This document shows positions 52,962 through 61,096 of a stretch of 61,096 nucleotides of DNA, piece by piece. This DNA comes from Chthoniobacter flavus (GTDB lineage Bacteria; Verrucomicrobiota; Verrucomicrobiia; Chthoniobacterales; JACTMZ01), in the NCBI GenBank assembly GCA_945870655.1, contig CAMBSX010000002.1:1-61096 (forward strand). Direction: 5' to 3'. A model generated the notes under the pieces. The model did no database searches and was not told where the DNA came from. It saw only the letters and a list, made by a program, of their open reading frames with translations. The stretch's first letter is position 1. Every line of letters begins with the position of its first letter. The translations under genes were made by a program, and so were the position numbers.

Positions 52962-53251
52962 GGCGTAAACTGGACGGCAGGGTGGCGGAGTTGTTCACGC
53001 GGCTCAAGCACAAGCGGGAGGGCAAGGACAGTCGGTGCGGCGGAGGCAAGCGAAGTGTGTCATAAACGTGCCTCTCCCCAGACCGGGAACTGATCGGACC
53101 GCCGCCGTGCGGAACGCCGGAAAGGCCTCTCCCATTCGGTCCCCGAGCGCAGTCAAAAAACATCCTTTTAGTCGGTAGATAAACAGTTAAGCGATAATTA
53201 AATACAGTATTTAGGTTCAATGGAATTTTTCGTGATTTATTCTGAAAAGCG

Positions 53252-53305
53252 TTGACCAAAGGGGTAGCTTGGTGGTTTAAAGTGGGTCAAAGTGGTGCAA
53301 GATGG
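53252..53305 (+). promoter_or_regulatory. Putative dcw-cluster promoter (-35 TTGACC, -10 TTTAAA) overlapped by four 10-bp-phased GTGG-type direct repeats (candidate MraZ operator)
   Basis: TTGACC at 53252-53257, an 18-nt spacer, then TTTAAA at 53276-53281. The repeats gGTGG (53272-75), aGTGG (53282-85), aGTGG (53292-95) and gATGG (53302-05) have exactly 10-bp periodicity and lie immediately upstream of mraZ. Two of them read AAAGTGG. Confidence 0.55.
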
Positions 53306-53321
53306 CATCACAACCCTGAAA

Positions 53322-53777
53322 ATGTCGAAGTCTTCCTCAGCTCCGATGGTCTACGCCGGAGAATTCCGTCATGCGGTCGATGCCAAGCATCGTGTGACCA
53401 TTCCGTCACGTTGGCGGGGCGATGCCGCGGGCGAATTTTTTGCCGTGCCGGATCCTGCGGGGAAATTCCTCATGATCCTGCCGCCCCCGGAGTTTGATCG
53501 TGTCAAGTCGGATGTCGAAGCCAATGCCTCGATCGCCCCGGCCGACCGCCGCAAATTTATCCGCCGTTTTTATGCTCTGGCGCAGCTTGTTTCGATCGAC
53601 AAGCAGGGGCGTGTGCTTTTGCCCGAAGAATACTGCCGCCGCCTTGGCTTGGACGGCGAGGTCGTGCTGATCGGCAGTCACAGCCGGGTGGAAATTTGGA
53701 ATTCTGAACGTTGGGCGGCCGCCACGGCCGAAGAGGACGAGGTCTTCCGCCGCGTGGCGGGGGAAGTCGGCTTATAG
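53322..53777 (+). CDS. mraZ: Transcriptional regulator MraZ
   Basis: MVYAGEFRHAVDAKHRVTIPSRWR (first SpoVT/AbrB-like half) and SIDKQGRVLLPEEYCRRLGL (second half). The start is ATG 53322 or ATG 53346. The track ORF start at 53292 would lie inside the repeat array. Confidence 0.85.
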   Translation: MSKSSSAPMVYAGEFRHAVDAKHRVTIPSRWRGDAAGEFFAVPDPAGKFLMILPPPEFDRVKSDVEANASIAPADRRKFIRRFYALAQLVSIDKQGRVLLPEEYCRRLGLDGEVVLIGSHSRVEIWNSERWAAATAEEDEVFRRVAGEVGL

Positions 53778-53926
53778 CCATATCCGCCCACCGCCCGAAC
53801 CGCACCGCAACAACCAAAGAATGGCAAAGAACGGCCGCAAATTCACCTTCGGTTTTTCCGCAAAAAAAGACGCGGGAGGCCGGACGGAGGGTTCGGTCTG
53901 CCTTCATCTTCGTGTCCGCACATTTT

Positions 53927-54916
53927 ATGAGCAATTCGGCCTCCGCAAAAAGAGAGCCCCGCGCAAACCTTGACGTCACGAGCTGGCACGAGCCGGTTTT
54001 GCGCGACGAGGTTGTCGCGTTGCTGCGCCCGGCTCCCGGCCGGGTGTATCTTGATGGCACGCTGGGTGGGGGTGGGCATGCCGAGGCCCTCCTTGCGGCC
54101 GGGGCACGGGTGGTTGGCCTCGATCGCGACCGTGAATCGCTCGAGCACGCGGCCCGGCGTCTGGCTTCCTTCGGAGAACGATTTACCGCGGTGCAGGCCA
54201 ACTTCGCCGATGCCCCGGAAGTGCCCCAGATCGCTGCTGCCGCTCCTTTTGATGGGGCGCTCCTCGACCTTGGCGTTTGCTCCCATCAACTCGACACGCC
54301 GGAGCGCGGCTTCAGCTTCCGCCATGACGGACCCCTCGATATGCGCATGGACCCCGCAGCTGGCGAACCTGCGGCCATCTTGGTCAATTCGGCCGGCGAA
54401 GCCGAATTGACGCGTCTTTTCCGTGAATACGGTGAGGAACCCCAGGCGAGGCGCGTGGCTCGGGCCATTCTGGCAGAGCGCGAGCGCCTGCCCTTCACCC
54501 GCACCGGCCAGCTGGCCGCCCTGATCGAAAAAGTGCTTGGCCGGCGCGGTCGCGTGCACCCCGCCACGCGTGTTTTTCAGGCTCTCCGGATTGCCGTGAA
54601 CGATGAAATCGGATCACTGCGGCGCGCCTTGGTCTCCATCCCTCCGTTACTCAAAGCCGGTGCCCGTTTTGTCGTCATCACTTTCCACTCCCTCGAAGAC
54701 CGCGCGGTGAAAACTTTCTTCCGGACCGGAAGCGAGCAGTGGCTCGACCGCCCGGAGTGGCCCGCCCCTCGACCCAATCCCGAATGGCGCTTTCGCGATC
54801 TGACCCGCAAGCCGCTGTCCGCTGTGCCCGGCGAAACCGGTCGCAACCCTCGGTCCCGCTCAGCGCGTTTGCGCTCGGTGGAAATCCTGCCCCTGACCCA
54901 GGAGGTGGCGGCATGA
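53927..54916 (+). CDS. rsmH: 16S rRNA (cytosine1402-N4)-methyltransferase
   Basis: Start at ATG 53927. HEPVLRDEVVALL, YLDGTLGGGGHAE, DLGVCSHQLD, GFSFRHDGPLDMRMD, ITFHSLEDR. Confidence 0.9.
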   Translation: MSNSASAKREPRANLDVTSWHEPVLRDEVVALLRPAPGRVYLDGTLGGGGHAEALLAAGARVVGLDRDRESLEHAARRLASFGERFTAVQANFADAPEVPQIAAAAPFDGALLDLGVCSHQLDTPERGFSFRHDGPLDMRMDPAAGEPAAILVNSAGEAELTRLFREYGEEPQARRVARAILAERERLPFTRTGQLAALIEKVLGRRGRVHPATRVFQALRIAVNDEIGSLRRALVSIPPLLKAGARFVVITFHSLEDRAVKTFFRTGSEQWLDRPEWPAPRPNPEWRFRDLTRKPLSAVPGETGRNPRSRSARLRSVEILPLTQEVAA

Positions 54917-55275
54917 GATTCGAAAGCCGCGATAACGCCCTGCCGCTCGGCCCGCTGATGCGATGGCTGGTCTTGGTTATCTTCGTCGGTCTCCTCGGGC
55001 TTTGCTACGTGCATATGAAGCACAAGCTGAAGGTGGACGGGGACCGTTGCCGCGAACTCGAGATGGCGTTGGAAGCGCTCAACGAGAAACTGCAGGTGGC
55101 CGGCAACGAGGTCATGCGCCTGACGTCGCGCCCCGAACTCGAGCGCCGGCGTGATGAGGGTTTTATCCGCATGATCGAGGTGCAGGACAGTCGTTTGAAC
55201 CGCCTGCGAGTGCAAACCACGGCGCTCGCCGCCCAGCCAGTGGTGCGGAGCGACAGCGGGGAGGTGCTTCCATGA
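54913..55275 (+). CDS. ftsL: Cell division protein FtsL-like (single TM plus coiled coil)
   Basis: ATG 54913 overlaps the rsmH stop (ATGA). TM LMRWLVLVIFVGLLGLCYV followed by a heptad-like helix (ELEMALEALNEKLQVAGNEV). The position between rsmH and ftsI is canonical. Confidence 0.6.
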   Translation: MRFESRDNALPLGPLMRWLVLVIFVGLLGLCYVHMKHKLKVDGDRCRELEMALEALNEKLQVAGNEVMRLTSRPELERRRDEGFIRMIEVQDSRLNRLRVQTTALAAQPVVRSDSGEVLP

Positions 55276-57038
55276 GCGGAAGCGCGCATCGTCGTGCCGG
55301 ATTGGTCTGCATCATGCTGGCCGTCGTGCTGAGCATTTATTCGGCCCGACTTGTCCACCTGCAAGTGGGAAAACATCGCGAGTACGGTGGTCTGGCCGCG
55401 GAAAAAACGGCGAAAAAGAAAGTTGTCCCGGGCGAGCGCGGCCGCATCACCGATTGCCGTGGCGAACCGCTCGCCGTAAATGTACCCATTTATTCGGTGG
55501 TGGTCGACGGCAAGTTACTCGCCGAATTGGAATCCGACCGCGAGCGGCTGGCCGGCATTATTGCGCGCCACCTCGGCTTGCCGCCCGAAGACGTGGCAGG
55601 CCGCATCGCCTCGGACCGGGCCTACATCGTGGTGCAACGCGGTGTGGATGCGATGCGCGTGGCCAAGCTCAAGGAGGAATTGGCCGGAGCGCGCCTGCGC
55701 GGCGTAATGTGCGAACCGGAGCCGCGCCGCTTCTACCCCAACGAAGAGAGACTCGGGCACGTGCTTGGTTTCCTCAACCATGAAGGACGCGGCATTCAGG
55801 GTGTCGAGATGATGATGGAACCCTATCTGCGAGGGGAGGACGGCTTCATCTTCACCGAGCGAGACCGGACCGGGAAAGAAATCGTAGCTTACCGCGGACA
55901 CGAGCGTCCGGCCAAGCACGGCATGACGGTCGAACTGACCATCGACATGGCATTGCAAGACATCGTCGAGCGCGAACTTGACGCGGCCTACCGTCAGCTC
56001 AATCCCCAGATGATGACCGCGGTCTTCGTGCGGCCTCGCACGGGCGAGATCTTGGCTATGGCCACGCGTCCGGCCTTCAATCCGAACAACCCCGGCGAAG
56101 CGGCGATCGAGACGACGAAAAACCGCGCGATCGTCGACATGGTCGAACCCGGCTCAACCTTCAAGATCGTGGTCATCTCCGCCGCGCTCGAACACAAAGC
56201 AGTGACGCCCGAGAGCACTTTTCACTGCGAGAACGGAAGCTTTGCCTATGCCGGAAAAATCCTGCGGGATGTCCACAGTTACGGATCAATGAGCGTGCAC
56301 GACATCATGGTTAAGTCGTCGAATATCGGCTGCGCCAAAATCGCCATGCACCTCGGGGCCGACACCTTTTACGAATACATCCGTCGTTTCGGCTTCGGCG
56401 AGCGAACAGGCTTGGGTTTGCCGGGCGAGATCTCGGGTCTGGTCCGGCCGCGGCACAGCTGGACCGGCTTGTCGATCACCCGGGTGCCCATGGGACACGA
56501 GATTGCCGTGACCCCGCTGCAGATCGCCATGGCGATGTCGGTCATTGCCAATGGCGGGAACATGATGCTGCCGCAGATTGTGCGCTCGGTGCGTGACGGC
56601 GACGGGCGCGAGGTTGTCGCTTTTTCCCCTGAAATCCTCCGTCGCGTCGTCTCCGAAGATACCGCGGCCAAAGTCAGCGCCTCGCTTGTCGATGTGGTCG
56701 GTGAGCGGGGCACGGCACGCTTGGCCTCCATTCCGGGTTTTGCCGTGGCCGGCAAGACAGGAACCGCCCAGCGTGTGGATCCGAAAGGCGGGTACGCAGC
56801 CGGCAAATATGTTGTTTCCTTTGCCGGATATTTTCCGGCCGAAAATCCTGAGGTGGCGGGTATTGTGCTGGTTGATGACGCCAGGACGCCCGGTGGACGC
56901 AATTACGGCGGCACGGTGGCGGCACCCATATTTTCGCGTATCGGCGAAGCCATGGCCCGCCACTTGGAGCTCGTTCCCGATTCGTCCGCCCCCGACACAA
57001 CGATCGCCCTGGTGCCTTTCGGCAACAGCATGAACTGA
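55272..57038 (+). CDS. ftsI: Peptidoglycan D,D-transpeptidase FtsI (class B PBP)
   Basis: ATG overlaps the ftsL stop (ATGA). N-terminal TM. SxxK (GSTFK), SxN (KSSNIG), KTG (GKTGTA). Confidence 0.9.
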   Translation: MSGSAHRRAGLVCIMLAVVLSIYSARLVHLQVGKHREYGGLAAEKTAKKKVVPGERGRITDCRGEPLAVNVPIYSVVVDGKLLAELESDRERLAGIIARHLGLPPEDVAGRIASDRAYIVVQRGVDAMRVAKLKEELAGARLRGVMCEPEPRRFYPNEERLGHVLGFLNHEGRGIQGVEMMMEPYLRGEDGFIFTERDRTGKEIVAYRGHERPAKHGMTVELTIDMALQDIVERELDAAYRQLNPQMMTAVFVRPRTGEILAMATRPAFNPNNPGEAAIETTKNRAIVDMVEPGSTFKIVVISAALEHKAVTPESTFHCENGSFAYAGKILRDVHSYGSMSVHDIMVKSSNIGCAKIAMHLGADTFYEYIRRFGFGERTGLGLPGEISGLVRPRHSWTGLSITRVPMGHEIAVTPLQIAMAMSVIANGGNMMLPQIVRSVRDGDGREVVAFSPEILRRVVSEDTAAKVSASLVDVVGERGTARLASIPGFAVAGKTGTAQRVDPKGGYAAGKYVVSFAGYFPAENPEVAGIVLVDDARTPGGRNYGGTVAAPIFSRIGEAMARHLELVPDSSAPDTTIALVPFGNSMN

Positions 57039-57044
57039 GATCGC

Positions 57045-58544
57045 ATGCAACTGTCCAAGATCATCTCCGCCCTTCCTTCCGCTCCGGTGGCGGTGAAAGG
57101 TCCGGCCGACCGCGAAATCACCGGTCTCACGCACGACTCACGGCAGGTCACCCCGGGCTGTCTCTTTGTTGCTCTGCCCAGCGTGACGCCGGGACGCACC
57201 GGTGAGGCCGCAGGCGGAGGCGCGAACTTCATCCTCGAAGCGGTGGAGAAAGGCGCGGCGGCCGTCATCACGTCCACCGACCTCGATGCCCCGCGTGCCA
57301 CCATGATCCGGGTCGAGTATCCGCGGCCCGCGCTTTCCGCCGTTGCGGCGGTCTTTTACGGCCATCCTTCCCTCCAGTTGCAGACCGCCGGGGTGACCGG
57401 GACGAACGGCAAGACCACGGTTTCTTTTCTCCTCAAGCACCTGCTCGACGTCGCCGAACGCCCCTGCGGGCTGCTTGGCACGGTGCGTTACATGGTCGGC
57501 CCCCGCGAATTGCCCGCCGCGCGTACCACGCCTGAAGCGGATGACGTGCAGCGTCTTCTCCGCGAAATGCGCGACGTCAATTGCCGTGCGGCGGTCATGG
57601 AGACCTCGAGTCACGCCCTCGAGCAGGACCGGGTGCGGAATGTCGAGTTTGATGCAGCGATTTTTACCAACCTGAGCCAGGACCATCTGGATTATCACCA
57701 GACGATGGAGGCATATTTCGCGGCCAAGCAGCGTCTGTTCGAACAACTGGCCGCCCAGCCGCACAAGCGCGGCACGGCGGTGATCAATATTGATGATCGT
57801 TACGGCCGCCGGCTTTATGACCTCTATGCCCAGCGCGTCAAGACACTCACCTACGGCCAATCGTCCGGGGCCATGTTCCGTGCCGCCGATCTGCGGACCG
57901 ACCTGCAGGGCACGCAATTTTCCCTGCATGCCGGCGGCCGCAGTTTTCTCGTGCGCCTTCCGCTCTACGGCTCGTTCAATGTCTACAATTCCTTGGCCGC
58001 TCTCGCCGCGATGCAGGCCCTCGGTCACGATGTGCGCAAGTCGGTCGATGCGCTCAAGGACGCGCCCCAAGTTCCCGGGCGGTTGGAGATGGTGCCTGGG
58101 CCGAAAATTTTCCGGGTCTTCGTCGATTACGCCCACACGCCGGATGCCCTGGAGAGTGTTCTCCGCACGCTGCGGAGCCTCGAACCGGCGCGCCTCATCA
58201 CTGTTTTCGGGTGCGGCGGAGATCGTGACCGGGCCAAACGCGGACCGATGGGCCGGGCCGCCGAGGACTCCTCCGACTGGTGCATTGTCACCTCCGACAA
58301 CCCGCGTCGCGAAGATCCCGAGGCCATCTGTCGCGAGATCACTTCCGCTTTGCGCGGAAAAAATCACGAGGCAATCACCGATCGGCGGGCCGCGATCCGC
58401 CGCGCCGTGGCTATGGCCGGCCCGGGAGACATCGTGCTGATTGCGGGCAAAGGTCACGAGGACTATCAGGAATTGGCGGATCGCAGGATTCCTTTTGACG
58501 ATGTGGCCGAGGCATCGGCCGCCATCCGGGGGAGGGCTGCCTGA
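57045..58544 (+). CDS. murE: UDP-N-acetylmuramoyl-L-alanyl-D-glutamate--2,6-diaminopimelate ligase
   Basis: GVTGTNGKTT P-loop, DYAHTPDAL, and the DNPR motif (TSDNPRRED) associated with meso-DAP specificity. Confidence 0.95.
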   Translation: MQLSKIISALPSAPVAVKGPADREITGLTHDSRQVTPGCLFVALPSVTPGRTGEAAGGGANFILEAVEKGAAAVITSTDLDAPRATMIRVEYPRPALSAVAAVFYGHPSLQLQTAGVTGTNGKTTVSFLLKHLLDVAERPCGLLGTVRYMVGPRELPAARTTPEADDVQRLLREMRDVNCRAAVMETSSHALEQDRVRNVEFDAAIFTNLSQDHLDYHQTMEAYFAAKQRLFEQLAAQPHKRGTAVINIDDRYGRRLYDLYAQRVKTLTYGQSSGAMFRAADLRTDLQGTQFSLHAGGRSFLVRLPLYGSFNVYNSLAALAAMQALGHDVRKSVDALKDAPQVPGRLEMVPGPKIFRVFVDYAHTPDALESVLRTLRSLEPARLITVFGCGGDRDRAKRGPMGRAAEDSSDWCIVTSDNPRREDPEAICREITSALRGKNHEAITDRRAAIRRAVAMAGPGDIVLIAGKGHEDYQELADRRIPFDDVAEASAAIRGRAA

Positions 58545-58546
58545 TC

Positions 58547-59902
58547 ATGGACTCGACCGATCTCCATGCTTTGGCCGCCGCCTGCGGTGGCGTTCTCCTC
58601 GGAGGCGATGGGACCCCGACGGTGACGACAATTTGCAAGGACACCCGGACGCTGCAGGCAGGGGACCTTTATTGGGCTTTGGTTGGGGAAAATTTCGACG
58701 GCCATGACTTTGTTGGAGCTGCTGCGGCCACCGGGGCCGCGGGTGCGGTCGTCTCCCGCCCGGTCTCCGGCCTGCCGGACACATTCCCGCTGATCCGCGT
58801 GGATGACACTCTGCGTGCCCTGCAGCAATTGGCTTCGTGGCATCGCGGTCGGCTGAAGGCCCGGGTTGTCTGCCTTACCGGAAGCAATGGAAAAACAAGC
58901 ACCAAGGATTTCGCCGCCGCGGTGGCCGGGACGCGTTTTAGAGTGAATAAAACTGAGGGCAATCTCAACAATCACATCGGCCTTCCGCTAACCATTCTCT
59001 CGGCCCGCTCAACAGACGATGTTTGCGTGTGGGAAATCGGCATGAATCACGCGGGGGAAATCGGGCCGCTGGCCCGTTTGGCTGGTCCGGACATCGGGAT
59101 GATCACCAATATCGGGGTCGCCCACATCGAGTTTTTCGGCTCACGCCAGGCGATCGCGCAGGAGAAAGGCATGCTTGGCGAGGTACTTCTTGCCGACGCG
59201 GTATTGGTGCTGCCTTTCGCAGACGAGTTCGCCTCGTCGCTTGCCGCCCGGACCAAAGCGCGTGTCGTCATGGTCGGGTCACCGGACGGTTTGCACGCTG
59301 AGAACCTGCGGCCATCCGCTCACGGCCTCGACTTTGATCTTGTTTCCGGTCGCGAATGCGTCGCCGCGCATCTGCCGGTGACTGGGGAGCACATGGTGCG
59401 CAATGCCCTGCTTGCTGTCTCGGCGGGACTGGAACTCGGGCTCTCCCTGCGCGAGTGCGCTTCGGGATTGGCCGCCACCAAGCTATCGGCGCGCCGTTTG
59501 GCCTGCCTTGATATTCGCGGAGTGACCGTCCTCGACGACAGTTACAACGCGAACCCCGATTCGATGGATGCCGCGCTGCACGCCCTGCGAGGCTTGCCCG
59601 GACCAGGACGTCGTTTTGCCGTGCTCGGGCGGATGGGCGAACTGGGGGCCTACGCCGAGGAGGGCTACCGCCGGGTCGGCCGCACCACCGCGGCAACGAT
59701 GGACGTGCTCATTGCTGTCGGCCCGGAGACGATACCGATGGCCGAGGAAGCGGAGAAGGCCGGAACCAAAGATGTACGGCGTGTCGATAACACGGGAGAA
59801 GCGGCGACGCTGCTGCGACAACTGGCCCGGCCCGGCGACGCGGTGGTCATCAAAGGAAGTCGCGCCGCCCGGATGGAACGCGTCTTGGAGGATTTTTCCT
59901 GA
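58547..59902 (+). CDS. murF: UDP-N-acetylmuramoyl-tripeptide--D-alanyl-D-alanine ligase
   Basis: TGSNGKTSTKD P-loop, EIGMNHAGEI, DDSYNANPDS, MGELG. Confidence 0.92.
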   Translation: MDSTDLHALAAACGGVLLGGDGTPTVTTICKDTRTLQAGDLYWALVGENFDGHDFVGAAAATGAAGAVVSRPVSGLPDTFPLIRVDDTLRALQQLASWHRGRLKARVVCLTGSNGKTSTKDFAAAVAGTRFRVNKTEGNLNNHIGLPLTILSARSTDDVCVWEIGMNHAGEIGPLARLAGPDIGMITNIGVAHIEFFGSRQAIAQEKGMLGEVLLADAVLVLPFADEFASSLAARTKARVVMVGSPDGLHAENLRPSAHGLDFDLVSGRECVAAHLPVTGEHMVRNALLAVSAGLELGLSLRECASGLAATKLSARRLACLDIRGVTVLDDSYNANPDSMDAALHALRGLPGPGRRFAVLGRMGELGAYAEEGYRRVGRTTAATMDVLIAVGPETIPMAEEAEKAGTKDVRRVDNTGEAATLLRQLARPGDAVVIKGSRAARMERVLEDFS

Positions 59903-61026
59903 TGCTTTATTATCTCCACCTTCTCTCCGACTACGGAAAAAATCTCGACGCTGAGATTTTCAAGGCGTTCAACGTCTTCCAATACATCACGTTCCGCGCT
60001 GTGGCAGCCGGGGTCACCGCATTCGTGCTCAGTTTGATTTTCGGAAACTGGGTGATCCGACGCCTTGTTTCACTTAAGCTCGGCCAACCGATTCGCTCCC
60101 AGGAAGAAGTGCACCGCTTGCACGAATTGCACGGGAGTAAAGCGGGCACCCCGACGATGGGTGGCGTCCTTTTGCTCGGCGCCCTGCTCATTTCTGTCCT
60201 GCTCTGGGCCCGGCCGACGAATCCGCTCGTTTGGCTCGCCATTTTTTCCGTCGTTTATCTGGGAGCGTTGGGCTTCGTCGACGATTACCTGAAGGTCACC
60301 AAAAAGTCCTCGGACGGTATAAGCAGCCGTTTGAAATTCGCCCTGCAGTGCCTGCTGGCCGGGCTGATCACTGCATTTTTCGTTTGGGATCCCGCCCTCA
60401 GCCCGCATGCCTCCCAGCTCTATGTGCCCTTCTACAAAGAGCCTGTCGTGCAGAATCTCGGAATTTTCACCTTCGTTCTTTATCTGCTGGTGATTGTCGG
60501 CTCTTCCAATGCCGTCAACCTGACCGACGGACTAGATGGTCTGGCCGCCGGTTGCACGGCCACGGTGGCTTTCGGCTTTGCGGTGCTGACCTACGCCGCG
60601 GGCAACGTCAAGATTGCGCAATACCTGCAAATTCCGTGTGTCCAGTTTTCCGGGGAGCTTGCCGTGGTCTGTCTCGCTTTGGTCGGTGCAGCGCTAGGAT
60701 TCCTCTGGTGGAATTGCCACCCGGCCCGCGTTTTCATGGGCGACACCGGGTCGCTCGCCATTGGCGGTTTGCTTGGGGTGGTCGCCATTTCCGCCAAGCA
60801 GGAGTTGCTTCTCGCCCTGATCGGGGGCGTCTTTGTGCTTGAAGCCGGCTCGGTCATCCTGCAGGTCGCCAGCTTCAAGACAACCGGCAAGCGCATCTTC
60901 AAGATGTCCCCCTTGCATCATCATTTCGAGCTGAGCGGCTGGAAAGAAGGCACGGTTATTGTGCGCTTCTGGATCCTCTCCGTCATTTTCGCCCTTCTCG
61001 GGCTGGCCACTTTGAAGCTGCGGTGA
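59902..61026 (+). CDS. mraY: Phospho-N-acetylmuramoyl-pentapeptide-transferase
   Basis: ATG shares 1 nt with the murF stop. GTPTMGG, NAVNLTDGLDGLA, FMGDTGSLAIGG, APLHHHFE-type motif (SPLHHHFELSGW). Confidence 0.95.
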   Translation: MLYYLHLLSDYGKNLDAEIFKAFNVFQYITFRAVAAGVTAFVLSLIFGNWVIRRLVSLKLGQPIRSQEEVHRLHELHGSKAGTPTMGGVLLLGALLISVLLWARPTNPLVWLAIFSVVYLGALGFVDDYLKVTKKSSDGISSRLKFALQCLLAGLITAFFVWDPALSPHASQLYVPFYKEPVVQNLGIFTFVLYLLVIVGSSNAVNLTDGLDGLAAGCTATVAFGFAVLTYAAGNVKIAQYLQIPCVQFSGELAVVCLALVGAALGFLWWNCHPARVFMGDTGSLAIGGLLGVVAISAKQELLLALIGGVFVLEAGSVILQVASFKTTGKRIFKMSPLHHHFELSGWKEGTVIVRFWILSVIFALLGLATLKLR

Positions 61027-61031
61027 TTGCC

Positions 61032-61096
61032 ATGGACTACACGGGAAAACATGCTGCCGTGCTCGGCCTCGGCCGGAGCGGAGAAGCGGCCGCCCG
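61032..61096 (+). CDS. murD: UDP-N-acetylmuramoylalanine--D-glutamate ligase, N-terminal fragment (continues beyond the window)
   Basis: ATG 61032. MDYTGKHAAVLGLGRSGEAAA matches the MurD N-terminal GLG-x-SG dinucleotide-fold motif. The position after mraY is canonical. Confidence 0.6.
   Translation, partial: MDYTGKHAAVLGLGRSGEAAA

Noticed and set aside
53821-53973. 50-codon ORF (MAKNGRKFTFGFSAKKDAGG…) in the mraZ-rsmH spacer, overlapping the rsmH start
   Set aside because: It has no SD. Its third-position G+C is much lower than in real genes of this window, and it overlaps rsmH out of frame. It is probably non-coding spacer.
1-61096. Search for CRISPR arrays, tRNA/rRNA/tmRNA/RNase P/SRP RNA, insertion sequences, integrases, prophage or toxin-antitoxin/defence modules
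   Set aside because: All spacers longer than 50 nt were read individually, and none shows a tRNA cloverleaf-like arrangement, regularly spaced repeats or terminal inverted repeats. No ORF shows transposase, integrase or known defence-system motifs. Homopolymer runs (for example T8 at 49805-49812, and the A-rich run near 14720) lie in-frame in coding sequence and give no evidence of phase variation.

Overview
This 61,096-bp window is high in G+C (about two-thirds, judged by eye) and almost fully coding. It looks like core chromosome rather than an accessory island. I call 53 protein-coding genes: two are partial at the window edges and one is a speculative small ORF. I also call two rho-independent terminators, one promoter/operator region and one short direct repeat. 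I recognised no rRNA, tRNA, CRISPR array, integrase, transposase or phage gene. All family assignments come from motif recognition in the supplied translations; no database search was possible. Left to right, the content is: nth, a 1027-aa TPR protein and an RND pump; a phosphohexomutase; HtrA; a three-gene hypothetical envelope operon; a DksA-like gene with rpmG and rpsR; an AsmA-like protein; a P1B-type metal ATPase; an FAH-family hydrolase; a heptose-1-P adenylyltransferase and purN; an aldehyde dehydrogenase, potA and a beta-barrel OMP; a DUF4126 protein and an M20 peptidase; proS; an M29 aminopeptidase; a sulfatase / MscS / HAD / FGE cluster; an alpha/beta-hydrolase lipoprotein; rarA; proA and acyP; an ABC ATPase; the metF-zwf-opcA-tpiA string; an ABC-2 exporter with a TVP38/DedA protein; an amidase; pta; and the start of a canonical dcw cluster (mraZ-rsmH-ftsL-ftsI-murE-murF-mraY-murD'). 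The FGE/sulfatase content, a kinase-like protein fused to an FGE-like domain, and Lys/Ala/Pro-rich tails suggest a PVC-type (Verrucomicrobiota-like) organism, but this is inference only. Many neighbouring genes overlap by 1-4 nt (ATGA/TGATG), which defines tight operons. The best novelty candidates are: (1) the coupled operon at 10816-14632, built around a receiver-pseudokinase-TM-noncatalytic FGE-like receptor; (2) the Cys-depleted DksA-like / L33 / S18 trio at 14710-15856, a possible zinc-sparing module whose DksA carries a histone-H1-like tail; (3) an unannotated small TM ORF coupled to an ABC-2 exporter and a TVP38/DedA protein at 47671-50316. The many long ORFs antisense to real genes are treated as high-GC shadow ORFs.
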